Positions 61,797-64,000 of a DNA stretch of 64,000 nt are shown here, piece by piece; within the stretch, counting starts at the first letter, position 1; every line of letters begins with the position of its first letter. Both the position numbers and the translations under genes were made by a program. This stretch comes from Candidatus Altimarinota bacterium (GTDB lineage: Bacteria; Patescibacteriota; Gracilibacteria; JBDHUY01). The notes beneath the pieces were generated by a model that made no database searches, was not told where the DNA came from, and saw only the letters and a program-made list of their open reading frames with translations. The stretch covers positions 43,528 to 107,527 of the forward strand of contig JBDHUY010000006.1 of NCBI GenBank assembly GCA_039809385.1. The letters run 5' to 3'.

Positions 61797-62654
61797 ATGA
61801 AGCCTAAAAAGAGATTCGGCCAGCATTTCCTGCGCGATGAAACCGTCCTGGACAGGATAGTGCAAGTAATAGATCCCACCCCGCAAGAAAACATCATCGA
61901 AGTAGGCTGCGGTACCGGGATTTTAACGAACGAGCTTCTGGCCAAGGGAGCAAACGTGCTGGGTCTTGAATTTGACCGAGACCTGATCCCGGTTTTACAA
62001 AAGAAATTCTCTGATCGGCCCAATTTTTCGCTGCTTCAACAGGATGTCTTGGATTTTATCCCCCAAACAGAAACCAGCTATACCCTGGTCGGCAATATTC
62101 CGTATAATCTGACGACGAAACTCTTTGAAAAAATCTTATTGTGGCCCCATAAGCCGAGAAGAATCGTTTTTCTGATCCAAAAAGAAGTTGCCCAGAAGGC
62201 GGTGAAGCAGGGCAAACACAATTCTCCCCTGGCCGTTTGTGTCGATATGCTGGGACACGCCTCCATCGCTTTTGACGTTCCGCCCTTTGTTTTTGATCCG
62301 CCGCCGAAAGTAGACTCGTCGGTGTTGGTTATAGAAGCGCCAGGAAAAAGAACAGACGATCCGTGGAAACTGTACGATTTTGTCCACAAAGTCTTCCGTA
62401 TGCCCAGAAAAACGCTACTGAATAATTTGAGTGCTATGTGGGGCAAAGACAGAGCAGGGGAAATTCTGCAAAAAGCCAACCTCGATCAAACCAGAAGGCC
62501 GGAAAGTTTATCGTTTGAGGAGCTGGATACGCTATTTAAAAAATATTGCAGATCTGACAATTGGAACGAATCAATCGAGAAGATGAATGGGATTTTGAAA
62601 AAGATTGATACAAAGAACCTTCCTTCTGCAAGAGAACAATTAGAAAATTTGTAA
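61797..62654 (+). CDS. rsmA: 16S rRNA dimethyladenosine transferase KsgA
   Basis: PKK.FGQHFL.D, IEVG.G.G.LT, GNIPYN.TT, QKEVA, F.PPPKVDS, RKTL.NNL, R.E.LS. Confidence 0.95.
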   Translation: MKPKKRFGQHFLRDETVLDRIVQVIDPTPQENIIEVGCGTGILTNELLAKGANVLGLEFDRDLIPVLQKKFSDRPNFSLLQQDVLDFIPQTETSYTLVGNIPYNLTTKLFEKILLWPHKPRRIVFLIQKEVAQKAVKQGKHNSPLAVCVDMLGHASIAFDVPPFVFDPPPKVDSSVLVIEAPGKRTDDPWKLYDFVHKVFRMPRKTLLNNLSAMWGKDRAGEILQKANLDQTRRPESLSFEELDTLFKKYCRSDNWNESIEKMNGILKKIDTKNLPSAREQLENL

Positions 62655-62973
62655 CAGACACTGAAATAATAGCTGAGAATCTCTCTCTAAATCTATACAA
62701 AATCCGAGCAGGAAAGTCTTTCCGAAACGCAGCTTCGGTATCATTTCGACCGGACTCTGGAAGCATTATTTCGGGAAATTTTATGAAGCTTTTTGAAAAT
62801 CTTTTGAAGTTTTACAGCCGATATGGGGGGATCCCACCGGAGTCGAACCGAGTTTTTTGTTTCGGTGTAAACAACAGCAGGTGACGGTTTTTGAAGTACG
62901 TTCATGGTCATAGTAAACAAGTCGACTAGTATTGTATCACTCAAAAAGAAAAGCATGAAGAATTGTTACGATT

Positions 62974-64000
62974 CTACCATTTCCACACTTTCTGCCATAA
63001 ATCCTTTCCCTTCTCAACCAGGCCGGCAAACGGGTAGGTTCGAGGTGGCGGATCCGGTGAAGGCAATTGTTCGATTTTTTTCTGCAAGTCGGTGCAATGA
63101 TCGTAAAAAAGCGTATTGATATTTAACAGATCGGCCGGACTTTTGCTGTGAAAGATCGTGCGATGCAACAAGGCCCGGAGGCGGCTGTCCGTCATTTTTT
63201 TTGCAGCGAGTATTTCGGGGTGACCGCTTTTCCGGGGCGGAACAAATAGTTCCAACATTTTATAAAAACGATCCATCAGCACGGCTTCGAGTTTGGACCA
63301 CATAACTTCGCGCAGATACGAAGCTGCATCCGCTTGATTTCCGAGATAGTCGGGAGAAAGCGAGAGATGTAAGAAATGATACAGTTCTTGTGCATCCTTT
63401 TCCTGAAGCCAGCAATTTTCGGTAGCTGATCTGCTTTCGAGCACCGCGCCCAGACGCGTCGCAATATCCTGTGCCGTGTCTTTCAGGATCCAGCTGCGCA
63501 CCACATTACTCTGGAGGTAGAGGTTGATCGTATCGGTACCATCGCGATTTCCCCGCAGGACGGCTTGTTCGAGCTGGGTAAAAAAATCTTTACGATACCG
63601 CTCGCGCGCAGAAAGAAAAACAGGAAGAGTGTCCTGATTGTCAGCCTTGGCGCAACTTTCGAACATATCTCCCAGCTGACGTTCAATAGCTCGTTTTACA
63701 TCTTTATAGAGCCTGTTGCGGAAAGTCATGTCTTCCAAAAAGATGGAAGCGTCCTCCTTCAGATCGGTATGGAGCCATTGTTCAAATCCGCGCGACAGGG
63801 TGTTCAGGCATTGCCCCAAACGATGAGCCCTGTTCAGCGAAAGATTTTCGGTGCCGGCAACCGCACGCTCCACCATCCCTGAAGCGAGCTGCGGTAGCGC
63901 ATCGATATGATAAAGGCAGATATTGGTAAGGTAAAAGCGGTCTACTTGCGCGGTAAAAGATGAAGGCTGCCGAAGTCTGCTAAAAAACCATTCCCGGAAA
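62974..64000 (-). CDS. Hypothetical helical protein (5' end beyond the window)
   Basis: The frame of the 300-aa ORF stays open upstream of 63876 to the window edge. Confidence 0.7.
   Translation of the reverse strand, partial: FREWFFSRLRQPSSFTAQVDRFYLTNICLYHIDALPQLASGMVERAVAGTENLSLNRAHRLGQCLNTLSRGFEQWLHTDLKEDASIFLEDMTFRNRLYKDVKRAIERQLGDMFESCAKADNQDTLPVFLSARERYRKDFFTQLEQAVLRGNRDGTDTINLYLQSNVVRSWILKDTAQDIATRLGAVLESRSATENCWLQEKDAQELYHFLHLSLSPDYLGNQADAASYLREVMWSKLEAVLMDRFYKMLELFVPPRKSGHPEILAAKKMTDSRLRALLHRTIFHSKSPADLLNINTLFYDHCTDLQKKIEQLPSPDPPPRTYPFAGLVEKGKDLWQKVWKW

Noticed and set aside
62741-62956. Small ORF downstream of the last gene
   Set aside because: Short, no motif and start unclear; cannot be supported.

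Overview
Bacterial chromosome segment that most resembles a Patescibacteria/CPR genome (Peregrinibacteria/Abawacabacteria-like). This is an inference from Cys-rich CPR-type proteins, short HrcA, TrmB regulators, pyrimidine-rich starts without Shine-Dalgarno and unlinked rRNA. Code 11 fits because TGA acts as stop. Housekeeping genes: serS, yebC, hrcA, rel, rfbB/C/D, infC-rpmI-rplT, miaB, mnmA, dtd, rsmA, plus a 23S-5S rRNA unit with no 16S. The 23S carries two large insertions, and an ORF sits in the 23S-5S spacer. Accessory content: two tandem ~40-Cys proteins opposite a TrmB, an AT-rich TrmB / wHTH-protein / stand-alone (p)ppGpp-hydrolase-like / EgtD-like module convergent on a Rel with a degenerate hydrolase motif, a C50-carotenoid cluster (crtI, crtB, crtE-like, lycopene elongase, GT2), and a vapBC pair. 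The most striking locus is an SLH S-layer gene divergent from an 11-kb five-gene run of non-catalytic cohesin/dockerin surface proteins with lipoprotein, N-terminal TM and LPXTG-type anchors, separated from it by a 1.2-kb structure-rich intergenic region. Heptamer-repeat hairpins (one around a four-helix-bundle gene, one inside the 23S rRNA) and REP-like palindromes recur. All calls are by-eye motif recognition; no database searches were run.
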